64,000 nucleotides of DNA from a virus (IMGVR_UViG_3300031992_000052:31164-95163), one strand, 5' to 3'; shown: positions 1-10,710, numbered from the stretch's first letter. A program made the numbers and translations. Notes: generated from the sequence alone by a model not told the origin.

Positions 1-2999
1 AATAATGCACGGCTGTCGCGCGGCGGGGTGAAGGTCTCTTCGGGGTATTGCAGGAACAGCTGGCAGCACTGCAGCAGCAGGTTGCGGGCGTCGTTCAGAA
101 TTTGCGGCGGCAGGTTGTGGGCTACCTCCTTCACGCCCTCGCTGCGGAAGTCGTCGGCAGGGGTGTGGGCTGGGCGTGAGCCGTCCATCGAGCGGGGGTG
201 ATACCAGTCGCCCACAAGTATCTGGTAGGCGCGGCGGTTTGTCGAGTCACTGGAGAGGTCTATCTGTTCGTTGCTGGCCAGTACAAACTTCGGCAGGTCG
301 TCGCCTGTCAACTTAACGGAGCCTTTATAGAGGCCGCGAGAGGTGACGGAGAGCGGATAGTTATACATCTTCTTGGGATTGAAGCCCTGCGGCAGTTCGT
401 CGATGCAGACCACGTTGTGCAGACCGGGGACGACTTTGCCCAGCTCCTGCTCCATCACGATGTTGCCTCCTTCGAGCGCCTTGCCGTCGATGCCGAGGGT
501 GCGGCGCACGAGGGCGAAGAGTTCGAGTATGGCGGTCTTGCCCGTGCCGCCGCTGGCAAGATCCTCGCGGCGGGTGCCGTTGTCGGTGATGTGGATGAAC
601 TGCTGACGGTTGGCCGAGCGGTGGCGCACCAGTGCCGAGCCGATAGCGTGGAGCATGGCGATGAAGTACATGTCCTGCGTCTGCCGTTCGGTCTTGGTGA
701 GTTCCTGTATCTGCTCCTTCTCCCAGAAGATGCGGCACGTATTATATAGGAAGCGGAAGTGCAGCGGCATTTCCTCTAACGGCTTATCCATCACGAGACG
801 GTAGCGCCAGAGCTGCTGCCACTGGTCCCAGCGCATGTTCTCCTGCTTGATCTCCTCCTCCACCTTCGCCGCGCTGAGTATCGCCTCGTGCTTGGCCAGC
901 TCGGATGGATAGAAGCCTGCCTCCTCCACGTGCCACAGGCGGTCGGTAATGGTGAAGTCGCCGTCGAGGATGGCATCCTGATTGGTCCACCATTTCATCT
1001 GTGAGTATGGCACGAGGCTGATATCATCCTTCGTCACACGGACGGCGGTGTTATGGAAGAAGAAATGGTCAAAGTCCTCGCCGAAGCTCTTCTCGTCGAA
1101 GTCCATCGTCTCTATCGACTCCATGATGCCCTGCTCGAGCTTGGCTCCATAGATGGCACGCGAGAGCGCACCTTTCTTATCATTAAACTCAGAGTGCGCC
1201 CGTAGCCATTCGGCCATGATGTCGCGTATCTGTGGCACCAGCTTATTGCTGCCCTTCTGACCCACGAACAGTTCGCTGTAGGTGTGGTCGTTGCCTAAGA
1301 GGAAGAAGCGGCTGAACGACTCGTCGCCACTCTGCATAACGCGGCGCACGATGCCACGGGCACGAAGGAACACGGGGGTGTTCCGCAGGTCGAACTTATA
1401 GCGGGCACGGCTGCTGCCGTCCTGCTCCTTACGCTCGCTCTCCCACTGCCAGAACTTGCAGGTCGGCGTGTCGAACATCGCGTTGTCGAACCATTCCGTC
1501 GGGTCGTCGTGCTGCAGCTCGGCGGGCATCAGCCGCTCCACCTCGGCGAAGTGCTGAATGAAGTCGGTGACATCCTTCAGTGATTTACTATTTACGGAAT
1601 TACTATTTACGATTTGATTCAGCTCCTTCGGCAGCCGGAGCCAATGCACGGCAGGGTTACTCAGGGCGATGGCCTGACTGGCCTTCAGTCCTGTCTCGTC
1701 CTCGTCGTAACAGACGTACAGCCCGCCCTCCACGCAGACGCTCTGGAGCTTCCTCAGCAGCGCCCGTAGCCAGCGGCTAGGGCGCATGGTGCCGCCCTTG
1801 CCGTCGAAGCCTGCCATCTCGGAGTTGAGCCAGACGACGTGCGCGTCGCTGTGGCTATAGACGGCTATCGCATCGCGTGGGCCGGAGCAGAGCACGATGC
1901 GGCCGAAGCGGATCTGTTTCGTCTTCTTCTCCTTATCCTCTATCTCCACGTAGGGATGGCGCTTGTCCTGTTCGGGAATCACACCGTCCTTCAGGAAGTC
2001 CTCCAGGTCAGCGTCAGCATACCATTGTCGGCCTACGTCCACACTCTCGTCCACGTCCTTCCATGCCCACTTGTAGCCGTAGATATTCTTCGGCTCATAC
2101 TTCTTTGTGCCGAACGGATAGCAGAACATGAAGATGGGATAGTTGCGCGTGGCCTTGACTATCTGCACGTAGAAGCCACCTTTCTCCTTGTTCTCCTTGC
2201 GGCTGATGACGCGGGCTACGGGCTGCACGTGGAACAGCCGTTCCACCTCCCTACCCCACTCGCTCACGGTCTTGGTCTCGGCTTTCAGAGGGTTGCCGTA
2301 GAAGCCTGCGCCTAAAGAGCAGCGGTAGAGGGGTTCGCCCGTGTCGGGGTCGAAGTCGGTTATCAGGTCGCCTATCTTGATTTCGGCGGGGGCAGTGCCG
2401 CTGTGGTAGGCGGCCGTAGCACTTTGTTCGGTCGCTGCCCCGCCGATGTCTCTTATATCGTCCTTATTGGCCTTGTGGGTTGACATCTCCACCTTCAGTC
2501 CCAGTGCCCTCAGTCCCTCCACGGTCCAGTCGCCGCGCTCCAATAGCGGCTCGTCGCCCGTCCAGTCGGCATACTGCAGCTCTGTCTTGCGGAACTCCGT
2601 CCACCCTACCCTATCCATGCGCAGCGAGCGTTGCCACTTGCGACCATCTTCGTCGGTCTCTTCCTCCAGGTTCACGTCGCAGCGCGTGGCCAGTTCGCTC
2701 ATCACCTCCTGCATCTCGCCCGCAGGGATGGCTCCTGCCGGTTTACCCATCAGCCGCGCGGCGAGCTGAATGGCTCCGTAGCCCGTGGCTCCGCACGCGT
2801 AGCACTTGAACATCGGCGCCGTGGCTCCCATCCTTGCGTCGCGTTCCACATGCAGCGACGGATCATGGTCGTCGTGCCAGGGGCAGAGGTAGTAGGCCAC
2901 GGTGCCTTTCGCATTCTGCCGCTGCATCGTGTGTCCCCATCCCGCCATTACTTCCACGAGAGGTATCTGGTCTAATATGTTGCGATTATTCTCGTTCAC
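1..2999 (-). CDS. DNA primase-helicase (CHC2 zinc finger, TOPRIM-like, P-loop), truncated by the window edge
   Basis: Absent from the ORF track, presumably because it has no stop in the window. GTG at 2999 overlaps the upstream TGA. Manual translation gives YLCPWHDDHDPSL..FKCYACG (CHC2), KDVTDF and an in-frame Walker A SGGTGKT near 535-555. Confidence 0.85.
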   Translation of the reverse strand, partial: MNENNRNILDQIPLVEVMAGWGHTMQRQNAKGTVAYYLCPWHDDHDPSLHVERDARMGATAPMFKCYACGATGYGAIQLAARLMGKPAGAIPAGEMQEVMSELATRCDVNLEEETDEDGRKWQRSLRMDRVGWTEFRKTELQYADWTGDEPLLERGDWTVEGLRALGLKVEMSTHKANKDDIRDIGGAATEQSATAAYHSGTAPAEIKIGDLITDFDPDTGEPLYRCSLGAGFYGNPLKAETKTVSEWGREVERLFHVQPVARVISRKENKEKGGFYVQIVKATRNYPIFMFCYPFGTKKYEPKNIYGYKWAWKDVDESVDVGRQWYADADLEDFLKDGVIPEQDKRHPYVEIEDKEKKTKQIRFGRIVLCSGPRDAIAVYSHSDAHVVWLNSEMAGFDGKGGTMRPSRWLRALLRKLQSVCVEGGLYVCYDEDETGLKASQAIALSNPAVHWLRLPKELNQIVNSNSVNSKSLKDVTDFIQHFAEVERLMPAELQHDDPTEWFDNAMFDTPTCKFWQWESERKEQDGSSRARYKFDLRNTPVFLRARGIVRRVMQSGDESFSRFFLLGNDHTYSELFVGQKGSNKLVPQIRDIMAEWLRAHSEFNDKKGALSRAIYGAKLEQGIMESIETMDFDEKSFGEDFDHFFFHNTAVRVTKDDISLVPYSQMKWWTNQDAILDGDFTITDRLWHVEEAGFYPSELAKHEAILSAAKVEEEIKQENMRWDQWQQLWRYRLVMDKPLEEMPLHFRFLYNTCRIFWEKEQIQELTKTERQTQDMYFIAMLHAIGSALVRHRSANRQQFIHITDNGTRREDLASGGTGKTAILELFALVRRTLGIDGKALEGGNIVMEQELGKVVPGLHNVVCIDELPQGFNPKKMYNYPLSVTSRGLYKGSVKLTGDDLPKFVLASNEQIDLSSDSTNRRAYQILVGDWYHPRSMDGSRPAHTPADDFRSEGVKEVAHNLPPQILNDARNLLLQCCQLFLQYPEETFTPPRDSRAL

Positions 3000-3295
3000 G
3001 ATTTGTTAGTAGTTTCCTTCGCCTGTTTCGTGTACTCACGGTATTCCTTCTTTAGTTGGTCGATGACGGCATCCTTGTCGGCGATGCGCTCACGCAGATT
3101 TTCTACGAGCTGCTGCAGCGAGGCCACCTGCTTGTCGCCCTGCGCCCACTTCTCACAGGCCGCACAGTATATGTCGCGCAACCGCTCTACGTTCTCTGCG
3201 GCCTGCTCCATCTGCCGACGCAGGTCATCGAGCTCCGCCTCGTAGGGATTGTTTCCCAGCAGAGCAGAAAGAAGATTCTTGAAGTATCGTCTCAT
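2996..3295 (-). CDS. hypothetical coiled-coil protein
   Basis: 99-aa ORF translationally coupled (GTGA) to the primase. Confidence 0.75.
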   Translation of the reverse strand: MRRYFKNLLSALLGNNPYEAELDDLRRQMEQAAENVERLRDIYCAACEKWAQGDKQVASLQQLVENLRERIADKDAVIDQLKKEYREYTKQAKETTNKS

Positions 3296-3307
3296 GCCGA
3301 AAGCCTC

Positions 3308-3499
3308 CTACATGGTTCGTGTGATACATACAGCCGGTACGCTGGGGTCCGTGCGCACCTCATACTCCTTGTCCTCCAGCTTCATGTCGTGTACCTGAAC
3401 CTTAACCGACTTGATCTTCTTTTTGTCGGCAAGGGTGAAGATACGCGACTGCCTGACGCGCATACCTCTTAACTCTTCTTTGCTCACAGTCTCCTGCAT
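3308..3499 (-). CDS. small basic protein, cro/xis-like first gene of the leftward operon
   Basis: ATG at 3499 (MQETVSKEELRGMRV), divergent from the repressor; function inferred from position. Confidence 0.55.
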   Translation of the reverse strand: MQETVSKEELRGMRVRQSRIFTLADKKKIKSVKVQVHDMKLEDKEYEVRTDPSVPAVCITRTM

Positions 3500-3559
3500 A
3501 ATTGTCTGAAAATCTCTTAAATTATATGCGTTAATAACACAAAAACGGGAGAAAAACCT

Positions 3560-3567
3560 TACCTTTG
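3560..3567 (+). promoter_or_regulatory. Bacteroidetes -7 promoter element for the repressor
   Basis: TACCTTTG matches TAnnTTTG and points to 3751. Confidence 0.6.
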
Positions 3568-3676
3568 CAAGTGTTTCAAGTTCGCAAGGCGACGCACGGC
3601 TCTCCGCTGAGAGGCGCTTCACTGCGCCTGCAGGTTTCCCTTGACCCGTCGGTGAGTTAATTAACTAACTCGGTTG

Positions 3677-3684
3677 CAAAGGTA
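3677..3684 (-). promoter_or_regulatory. Bacteroidetes -7 promoter element for the leftward (lytic) operon
   Basis: CAAAGGTA on + is TACCTTTG on -, pointing to 3499. Confidence 0.6.
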
Positions 3685-3750
3685 AAAAAGAAATCCGAAA
3701 GTCGTGTTGATTGCTGTTGATTATTAACGTAATTTAATTATAGTTTCAAC

Positions 3751-4308
3751 ATGGCAAAGAAAGAGAAGAACAATTTCACACGCGCCGTGGAATGGCTCAT
3801 AACCAACGGCGTAGTTAAGAATCAGAAGGATATGGCCGAGCGTATGGGTACGACGGAGAATACCATATCTCGCAACAAGCACGGTGGCGTCAAGCGTCCT
3901 GATGACGACACACTGCGCAAGTTCAACGAACAGTTTGGCAGCATCATCAACATCGACTACCTGCGTGGCGAGAGCAAGGTAATGCTGGTGAAAGACCTTG
4001 CCACACGTCAGTCTGCCAAACCTGCAGATAAAACAGCGTCACTCCTCGCTGCGAAAGATGAAACTATCGCCGCAAAGGACGAGGTGATTGCTGCCTTGAA
4101 AGGCAAACTCTCCAGCATGGATGAGACTATTGTCACTCTGAACGGGCGCATCGCTGACAAGGAAAAGATCATCAACACACAGGACAAACTCATCAGTACC
4201 CTTCGGCAACAGATAGACGACCTGCACCAGCAGGCCGCCTCGGAAAAGGGGCTCCACTCTGGCCATTCCCACTCGGAAGCTGCTGACCGTGGAACCGCGC
4301 ACACCTAA
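3751..4308 (+). CDS. XRE-family HTH repressor (CI-like) with coiled-coil C-terminus
   Basis: NQKDMAERMGTTENTISR HTH, INIDYLRGE motif, heptad-rich C-terminus. Confidence 0.8.
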   Translation: MAKKEKNNFTRAVEWLITNGVVKNQKDMAERMGTTENTISRNKHGGVKRPDDDTLRKFNEQFGSIINIDYLRGESKVMLVKDLATRQSAKPADKTASLLAAKDETIAAKDEVIAALKGKLSSMDETIVTLNGRIADKEKIINTQDKLISTLRQQIDDLHQQAASEKGLHSGHSHSEAADRGTAHT

Positions 4309-4393
4309 ATATATATAGGGCAACTGAATGCTACAACGAAAAAGTGAACTACCACGGAGTCTTTAGCTGCGTGGTAGTAACTCGGCTGCTGTA

Positions 4394-4417
4394 AAAGGCT
4401 CGCCGCTGCGAGCCTTT
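4394..4417. terminator. probable bidirectional terminator between the repressor and the tail gene
   Basis: AAAGGCTCG-N6-CGAGCCTTT inverted repeat. Confidence 0.55.
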
Positions 4418-4533
4418 GGAACTGCGACGTCATCGACAACGGCGCGTTCGCGAAATAATTGTTACTTCCTTGAATCAAAACCAAAAACTATGAAAAACTA
4501 AACAAATTAAACTATTAAAACAACTTATGAACA

Positions 4534-7500
4534 TTATGGATTGATGTTTGCATAACACACGAGCCAGCCGTAGTTGTAAGCCTCGCTACCTCCCTGGCCG
4601 TGGTAAAAAGCCTTTGCTTTCAGTTCGCGGAACTTCTGCAACGTCACGATGCTGTTGGAGCGCAAACTCGTAGCCTGCGACGGCACAAGCAGGTTGCAGA
4701 AGTAGGCTCCAGATGCCGACGAACCAGTCACGCCGGAGCCGTTAATCTCGATGGTGCCGGTCGTGGCGTTGAAAATATTAATCTCGCAACCCAACATGTC
4801 GGACGTTATGCGCGGCAGACGGATGGTGATACCGCTGACTTCCACCTGAAGGTTATTGCTGGCCGATTCGAGGTTGACAACATCCTGGCCGTAAAAGTTC
4901 GTCACCGTGTAGTTGCTGATGTTAGATGACGTTAGCCGCAGATACGGCAGAAAGAGGTTACCGCGCAGCACAGCGTCCTGCGTGATGAGCGTGCCTTTCG
5001 TCGGGTCGATGCTCACCTTGCCGCTCACCGTGCCGTCGCTGTTGCTGAAAGTCACGCGGTCGGCACGCAAATTAATCAGGCCGCGCTCGATGTCGATACC
5101 CGTGCGCCGGCGTTGGTATGCCTCCAGCTCGCCAGCTATTTCGCGGATGCCGGGCTTGCGCTCAGGCGACACGCCTACCGCCCAGATGCTGCGTACACGA
5201 CCCTGGCTTTCCAGAATCCATTTTAGGGACGCAAAGTCCGAAAGGCTGATGTCGTTACCTAATGCGTCACCAATAATCAGGTCGTTGCCGTAGGTCGTCA
5301 CCTCATAGCGCCGCCACAACACGCGCCAGCCTTGCGGCGTGTCATAGTAGCCGTAGTCTCTGTCATCAGCAGAGGTGTCGCCACTGTAGAGCATTTCATG
5401 TTCATCACCATCTGGGTTTACGGCCATTACGTCCATATACGTATTATTCCCCTCGTCGGCATCAACTGCGCTGACCACCGCCCATGTATAGAGGTACTTG
5501 CCTACCAGGCTGGCGTCGGGCTGCTCTGCCGAGAAGACCAGCGAATCCAAGAACGTTGTGTTTTTTGGGCGCAAGGAAAATACTCGTCCGAACGGCTGAA
5601 TACGTTCCCAAGCACCACGGACAAGGCTCATGCCGCAGATTTCCAACGTGCCTGTAATGCCGCTCATAATACGCCAGAGAGCCCGGCATACGCCACTAAA
5701 GCTGTTCTTGGTCCAGAATGTGATGGTATGGCGCACATAGTCGGAACTTGCGCCGAACGTTGTCGAAGCATCGCCACTCGGACTGCTTACCCTCGTCACC
5801 TCGTCTATCAGAAGGCCCTTTGATGCGTCGATGAACGGATAACCGGAGGTGGAGCCATAGATGTAGACAACGTAAGAGCACGTAGACCGCGACCACCACG
5901 ACAGTGTATAATACTGTCCTGCGCTGATAGCGTAATTCGTCTGTCCGCTGTTTGTCCCATAGAGCAGATATTGCAGCACTTCCTTGATGTTGCTTCCGTC
6001 GGAATAAGCCCTGTAGCCATCCATGCCGTTGAACATATTCGTGACAGCCGTGCCGCCGATGGTTATCGGTGTCGTAGGCAGCAGCTCGCCAAGCACTGCG
6101 TCAGCCGCCATGCCGTTAGTCAGGTAGTTGCGGTAGGCTACGTCGGTAGGACATGGAATCCACGGTGTCGATGCCTCACCCTCTTCCAGCTTTATCCAGT
6201 CTACCGTAGCCGTGCCAACGCCGGGGCTGTCTTCATCGTCAAAGTACACTTCAACAACCCATGTGTCTTTATTGCTGGCCACGGTAAACGTCCTGCTTTC
6301 CGTCTGACGTTCCTCCGACTTGATGACTACAGCATACTTCTCCACAGAGTCCGTAGAGCGCACACGTACCGTCAGCATATTGTTATTGTCGGTAGCGTCG
6401 TGGTCGGTGCATCCTCTTACCGTCAGCGTGTAGGTATTGCCCTGCGTCAGCTTCGACAGTGTCCGTTGGTGCTTGCTGCCGCTGCTGGCATTGATGTTCG
6501 TAGTCACCTCCATCAGCGAGTTAGGTATCAGGTTCTCGTTGGCCTGCACGCCGTCCTCAACGCCCAGCGAAATCTCGCTCACCGTCTGACGTATCTCCGA
6601 CATGCCTGTCTTTAGGCCGTTGGTGTCCTCGGTCAGGGTGGCAATATTCTCGTTCGACGAGCGGATGTATTGGCCAACGGTTTCTATGGTTTCCACTTCC
6701 GTTCCAGTGGCGGCGTAGGTGATTTTTCGTGCCACCGACTTTTCGGCGTCGCCCACAATCTTCGTGTCCCATTCGCCAAGCAGGTTCACGCCCACGGAGA
6801 TGCTGACGGGCATGGTAACGGTGTTGCCGGCGGTGTCTGTCAGTACCACGCTGCACGTTATCTTGCCGCTGGTCTTATAGGTGCCACTCTGTCTGCTGTA
6901 GCCGGTAATCTGCAGCCTGTAGTCGTTGACGCCTATGGGCGACACAGTAAGTCCGAGGTCGTTACTGACAGATGTCGGCGTACCCACCGTCACGTTATTG
7001 TCGCTGCCACGGCTTGCGGTCATCGAGATGTACAGCGGATGCTGCTGGCTGAACGGAAATGTTCCGTCGTTGATATTCTGCTCAATAATCAGTGGGCTGG
7101 GATTCACCGTCAGCGTCCAGCCGTCAAGGCCGTCCCTGCCGTCAGCACCATCAGTGCCATCAGCACCGTCAGCCCCATCCTTGCCCGTCTTTGTTGTGGT
7201 GAACATACCGTTGGCTACGTAGGCTGACAGCAGGGCTGGAGCGGTAGCGCCGCCTGGGTCTGGTTCTGCTGGCATCTGTATCTGCAGCGCATAACCCTCG
7301 GCCAGCCCCTTGTAGCCGATGAAGGCAAAGGGGTAACGCCAGGTGTCGGTGTGCTCTATGTCGCTGCCGCCGCAACCCTTCAGGGCTGCCACAAGGTTGC
7401 TGTTGAATCCTGTTGCGTCATGGCTGACCAATACCACAAACACGCTACTGTCGAGCGCGTTAATCTTTGCCGCCAACGCATTGTCTATGCCCGCAGAATC

Positions 7501-10500
7501 GAAGAAGGTATCGTAGAATCTTGGGGCGTATGACACTTCGCTGATAGTCTGCTTAACCTCCAGTGTCTGACGGTCTATAACGAACAGGGCCAATCCTCGT
7601 CGCAGCCCAGAGTCTGTATCGACAGCTATATCGGTATAGTCATACGTCACCGTCTGACTGCCGTTGAATATCTTCACCTGTGCACCGGGCAAAGTAACGA
7701 AGGACGGCGGATTACCGTGACCACGAAGCGAGATATAGGCGGCATCCTTTCCAGGGGCACCATCAGCGCCATCAGCTCCGTCAAGTTCTTCGTCGTTAGG
7801 CAGGTAGGCCGTGGCCGCCTCGCCACGCTCCAGCTTGGGCATACAGACATCGGCTTCCGAACCGGCGACTTCCCATGCAGGCGTTACCCAATACACATAG
7901 GTTGAGACAGAACTGTCGATAACACTTGCCGATTTGAAGGTGACGGTGTGGTACGTCCAGTCTTCATCATCCAGATTCCATCCAAAGTCCTTTATATAGG
8001 CATATTTGTTACCGTCAAGACAACGTCCCCAATCACGGTCAAAGGCTGCGTAGGGTATCGGCCCCTCGTCATCCCAATCACCAGGGTTTATGTCGAAAAA
8101 CAGTCGGCCTTTATTCCAGAATGACAAGGTATAGACGGTGGCAGGCTGCAAGATGTCATGACCAGCCCCAGTAATTTGCTGTTGTATCATCTGCCCCGAA
8201 CTCCCCGATGAGCCAAGGTGTATGTAGTTATGGCTGTCAAGACCGTTCACTACAATAGTGCCGGTATTAACATTCCACTTATCCATCTTCCCTGCCACAA
8301 ACCGCGTCTGCCGCAGCAGGTTCGGTTGCACCTCGCTGGCATCCTTGCCGTCTTGCCCGTCGTCGCCTTTGTCGCCTTTATCTCCTTTGTCGCCTTTATC
8401 ACCTTTTTCGCCGTCTGCACCGTCCTTGCCGTCGGCGCCGTTCCATACCGTTGCCGGACTCCAGCTGCCGCTTACCGTGCCATCGACCACCGTGGCCACG
8501 GAGGCGTATATGGTTGTCGGCACAACTACTTCCACCTGGCATTCATCTTTGCCGACGGCAACAGAACTGTCTTTAAAAAACCCTATGCAGATAAAGTGTG
8601 TGCCAGCCGACGGAACGAGCCTTATCGTGCCGGATGTTTCGCCGCTGTATTTGGTGTATTTTGTGTTCATGTCGCTGTCAACGGCTTCGTAATCGTCGGA
8701 CAACATCGAGTCATCATCAATATCGCCGATGACCAGATAATCATAGCCATCTTCTGTCGATACGTTTACATTAAGCACCACCGGAGCGTCACCTCCTGTT
8801 GTAAAGTAAATCATGCCCACAGAGTTGCCATCATCGCCTGGCGACGGTAATGTAATGACGTTACCGTCCAGTTGCCATGAGCCGTCTATATCGCCAAAGT
8901 CAACGCCCGGCGGCACCGAGCTCCAGCCGTTTCCAAAGTCGGTAGTGCCGGAGCCTATGCCCGTGGTTTTTGTTGGCAGTTGCGGAACAGTGTCGCTCAT
9001 CTTGTAGGCCGTCACCGTGCGTATGGTAAGACCGTCGTTGCCGTCTGCACCGTCTGCTGCAAAGTTGCCAAGTATCTTCGGTGTGGTGAACGGCCCCCAG
9101 TGCCCGCCTTCGTCGCTTGAACTGCTCGACGAGTCGCTGTCTGAGGCGTGTACATAGTCGCGGTAACTGCCGTACTCGTAGCGGTTGGTGGGGCTGACAC
9201 CCTGACGCTCGTCATACCAGCCCCGCGGCACCCATCCGTCCTGATTTTTATTGGTGTCGCTGCCGGTGGCCGCTCCCTCCGGGTTTACCTGTCCGCCGGC
9301 GATGTCTGCCGGTGCTGTTCCGTAGTCGTTGGTCGGCGTAGGCAGGAATATCCATTCGCGCTCCTTGGAGTCCTCGCCGTCGCGGACGAAGGCTACGGTC
9401 TGCCGGGCCAGTTCCTCGCTATTGCCAACCAGCCTGACGTTGACGGACTTCTGTCCGCTGAAGGCTGCCGTGGGCAGGATGGCGGTAGCCTCAGTGTATT
9501 CCTGGCTTAACACCAATAGTTCCCATTCGGCCGACCCTACCGCGGCGAAATAGATACGCAGAGTCATAGCCACTGCCTCTTCCCGTTTCAGCAACGACAT
9601 GCTGCCGTCCTGACTGGTGGCCCGGATGTTGATTGTTACGCCACCACCGGGTGTGTAATTGCCGTCCTGAGGGTTGTAACTGACAATAAAGTCGGACAAT
9701 ACCAGTGTGAGTATCTCCTTAGTCTCTGCAAGCACGTTGATGACGGCGGAGCCCAGAGGCTCGTAGACCTGAGCGCTGCTGGAGCTGCTTTCGGACGATG
9801 ACGAGCTGCTGTCGGACGAGCTGCTGGAACTGTCGGCATCGCCCCAGGCTGTGACGGTGAAGGCCGCAGACACGGCACCGCTGAAGTCGTCGCCGCTGCC
9901 GCGCTGGTGACTGAGGGTGATGCGGCCGTTGGCCATGGTGCGGCGGCCACTTGCGCCGTTCCACAGAGCGTCGGCGTTGGCGTCGCCTGTATTGCGGCTG
10001 ACGGTCCATAAGCTCACGCGGCTGTCGGCATTGGTGCTCCAGCCCTGTATCAGACTGGCCGTCAGCACGGCGGCCTTGCCCCATTTGACGTAGGGGGCGG
10101 CGTTGCCGGCATCCTCGTTGTCGATGGCGCAGGCCAGCTCTACGTGCAGCGGCAGTTCTTCGGGATTCCAGCTGACCTCCTCGTTATACTGGTCGGTGCC
10201 CAGGATGCCTGTGTCGAGGTTGACGGTACGCTGGCCGTTCTCTACGGCGCTGACCTCGCCCATGTAAATCCACCAGTGGTCGGGGTCGTCAACCGTACTC
10301 GGGAATCCCCGGCTGTCGTACTGTGTCGACAGCCCGTCCTGCATGACGAAGGAGTGCTTCACAAGCCACTCTCCCGCCAGTCCGTAGGGGTTATCCTGCG
10401 GGTACTGCTGCTTCGGCGCGAACACCAGATAGGCTTTGGAGTCGGCCACGTAGGCTTCGCTCTTCTCCAGACGGGCGTAGATGGTGTAAGGTCCGTTGCC

Positions 10501-10710
10501 GCCGGTCAGCCGCCGGTTGCGCCCCGAGAGCGTCCACTCGCGATACATGTTGGTGTTGGGATTGACGCCAAGACCAGACACCATCGGGCTGAAGACCTTG
10601 ATCTTCGCGCCGGTGGCAATGCTGACGGCCAGGTCGTTGGCTGAACCGTTGGCATTGGCGATGATACTGATGGCCGACGGGGCTATATAGTGGATGGGGG
10701 ATGTGCGCAT
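4534..10710 (-). CDS. large tail fibre / host-recognition protein
   Basis: 2058 aa with collagen-like GxD repeats, repeated NLL..PKLERG-type carbohydrate-binding-like modules, an ILEI-like domain and a TGIDI..I.L.AD tail motif. Confidence 0.75.
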   Translation of the reverse strand: MRTSPIHYIAPSAISIIANANGSANDLAVSIATGAKIKVFSPMVSGLGVNPNTNMYREWTLSGRNRRLTGGNGPYTIYARLEKSEAYVADSKAYLVFAPKQQYPQDNPYGLAGEWLVKHSFVMQDGLSTQYDSRGFPSTVDDPDHWWIYMGEVSAVENGQRTVNLDTGILGTDQYNEEVSWNPEELPLHVELACAIDNEDAGNAAPYVKWGKAAVLTASLIQGWSTNADSRVSLWTVSRNTGDANADALWNGASGRRTMANGRITLSHQRGSGDDFSGAVSAAFTVTAWGDADSSSSSSDSSSSSSESSSSSAQVYEPLGSAVINVLAETKEILTLVLSDFIVSYNPQDGNYTPGGGVTINIRATSQDGSMSLLKREEAVAMTLRIYFAAVGSAEWELLVLSQEYTEATAILPTAAFSGQKSVNVRLVGNSEELARQTVAFVRDGEDSKEREWIFLPTPTNDYGTAPADIAGGQVNPEGAATGSDTNKNQDGWVPRGWYDERQGVSPTNRYEYGSYRDYVHASDSDSSSSSSDEGGHWGPFTTPKILGNFAADGADGNDGLTIRTVTAYKMSDTVPQLPTKTTGIGSGTTDFGNGWSSVPPGVDFGDIDGSWQLDGNVITLPSPGDDGNSVGMIYFTTGGDAPVVLNVNVSTEDGYDYLVIGDIDDDSMLSDDYEAVDSDMNTKYTKYSGETSGTIRLVPSAGTHFICIGFFKDSSVAVGKDECQVEVVVPTTIYASVATVVDGTVSGSWSPATVWNGADGKDGADGEKGDKGDKGDKGDKGDDGQDGKDASEVQPNLLRQTRFVAGKMDKWNVNTGTIVVNGLDSHNYIHLGSSGSSGQMIQQQITGAGHDILQPATVYTLSFWNKGRLFFDINPGDWDDEGPIPYAAFDRDWGRCLDGNKYAYIKDFGWNLDDEDWTYHTVTFKSASVIDSSVSTYVYWVTPAWEVAGSEADVCMPKLERGEAATAYLPNDEELDGADGADGAPGKDAAYISLRGHGNPPSFVTLPGAQVKIFNGSQTVTYDYTDIAVDTDSGLRRGLALFVIDRQTLEVKQTISEVSYAPRFYDTFFDSAGIDNALAAKINALDSSVFVVLVSHDATGFNSNLVAALKGCGGSDIEHTDTWRYPFAFIGYKGLAEGYALQIQMPAEPDPGGATAPALLSAYVANGMFTTTKTGKDGADGADGTDGADGRDGLDGWTLTVNPSPLIIEQNINDGTFPFSQQHPLYISMTASRGSDNNVTVGTPTSVSNDLGLTVSPIGVNDYRLQITGYSRQSGTYKTSGKITCSVVLTDTAGNTVTMPVSISVGVNLLGEWDTKIVGDAEKSVARKITYAATGTEVETIETVGQYIRSSNENIATLTEDTNGLKTGMSEIRQTVSEISLGVEDGVQANENLIPNSLMEVTTNINASSGSKHQRTLSKLTQGNTYTLTVRGCTDHDATDNNNMLTVRVRSTDSVEKYAVVIKSEERQTESRTFTVASNKDTWVVEVYFDDEDSPGVGTATVDWIKLEEGEASTPWIPCPTDVAYRNYLTNGMAADAVLGELLPTTPITIGGTAVTNMFNGMDGYRAYSDGSNIKEVLQYLLYGTNSGQTNYAISAGQYYTLSWWSRSTCSYVVYIYGSTSGYPFIDASKGLLIDEVTRVSSPSGDASTTFGASSDYVRHTITFWTKNSFSGVCRALWRIMSGITGTLEICGMSLVRGAWERIQPFGRVFSLRPKNTTFLDSLVFSAEQPDASLVGKYLYTWAVVSAVDADEGNNTYMDVMAVNPDGDEHEMLYSGDTSADDRDYGYYDTPQGWRVLWRRYEVTTYGNDLIIGDALGNDISLSDFASLKWILESQGRVRSIWAVGVSPERKPGIREIAGELEAYQRRRTGIDIERGLINLRADRVTFSNSDGTVSGKVSIDPTKGTLITQDAVLRGNLFLPYLRLTSSNISNYTVTNFYGQDVVNLESASNNLQVEVSGITIRLPRITSDMLGCEINIFNATTGTIEINGSGVTGSSASGAYFCNLLVPSQATSLRSNSIVTLQKFRELKAKAFYHGQGGSEAYNYGWLVCYANINP

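Noticed and set aside
198-2975. Plus-strand ORFs in the first 3 kb
   Set aside because: Antisense to the primase-helicase that the ORF track omitted.
4534-4700. Additional DGR target at the end of the large tail fibre
   Set aside because: No similarity to the TR seen by eye.
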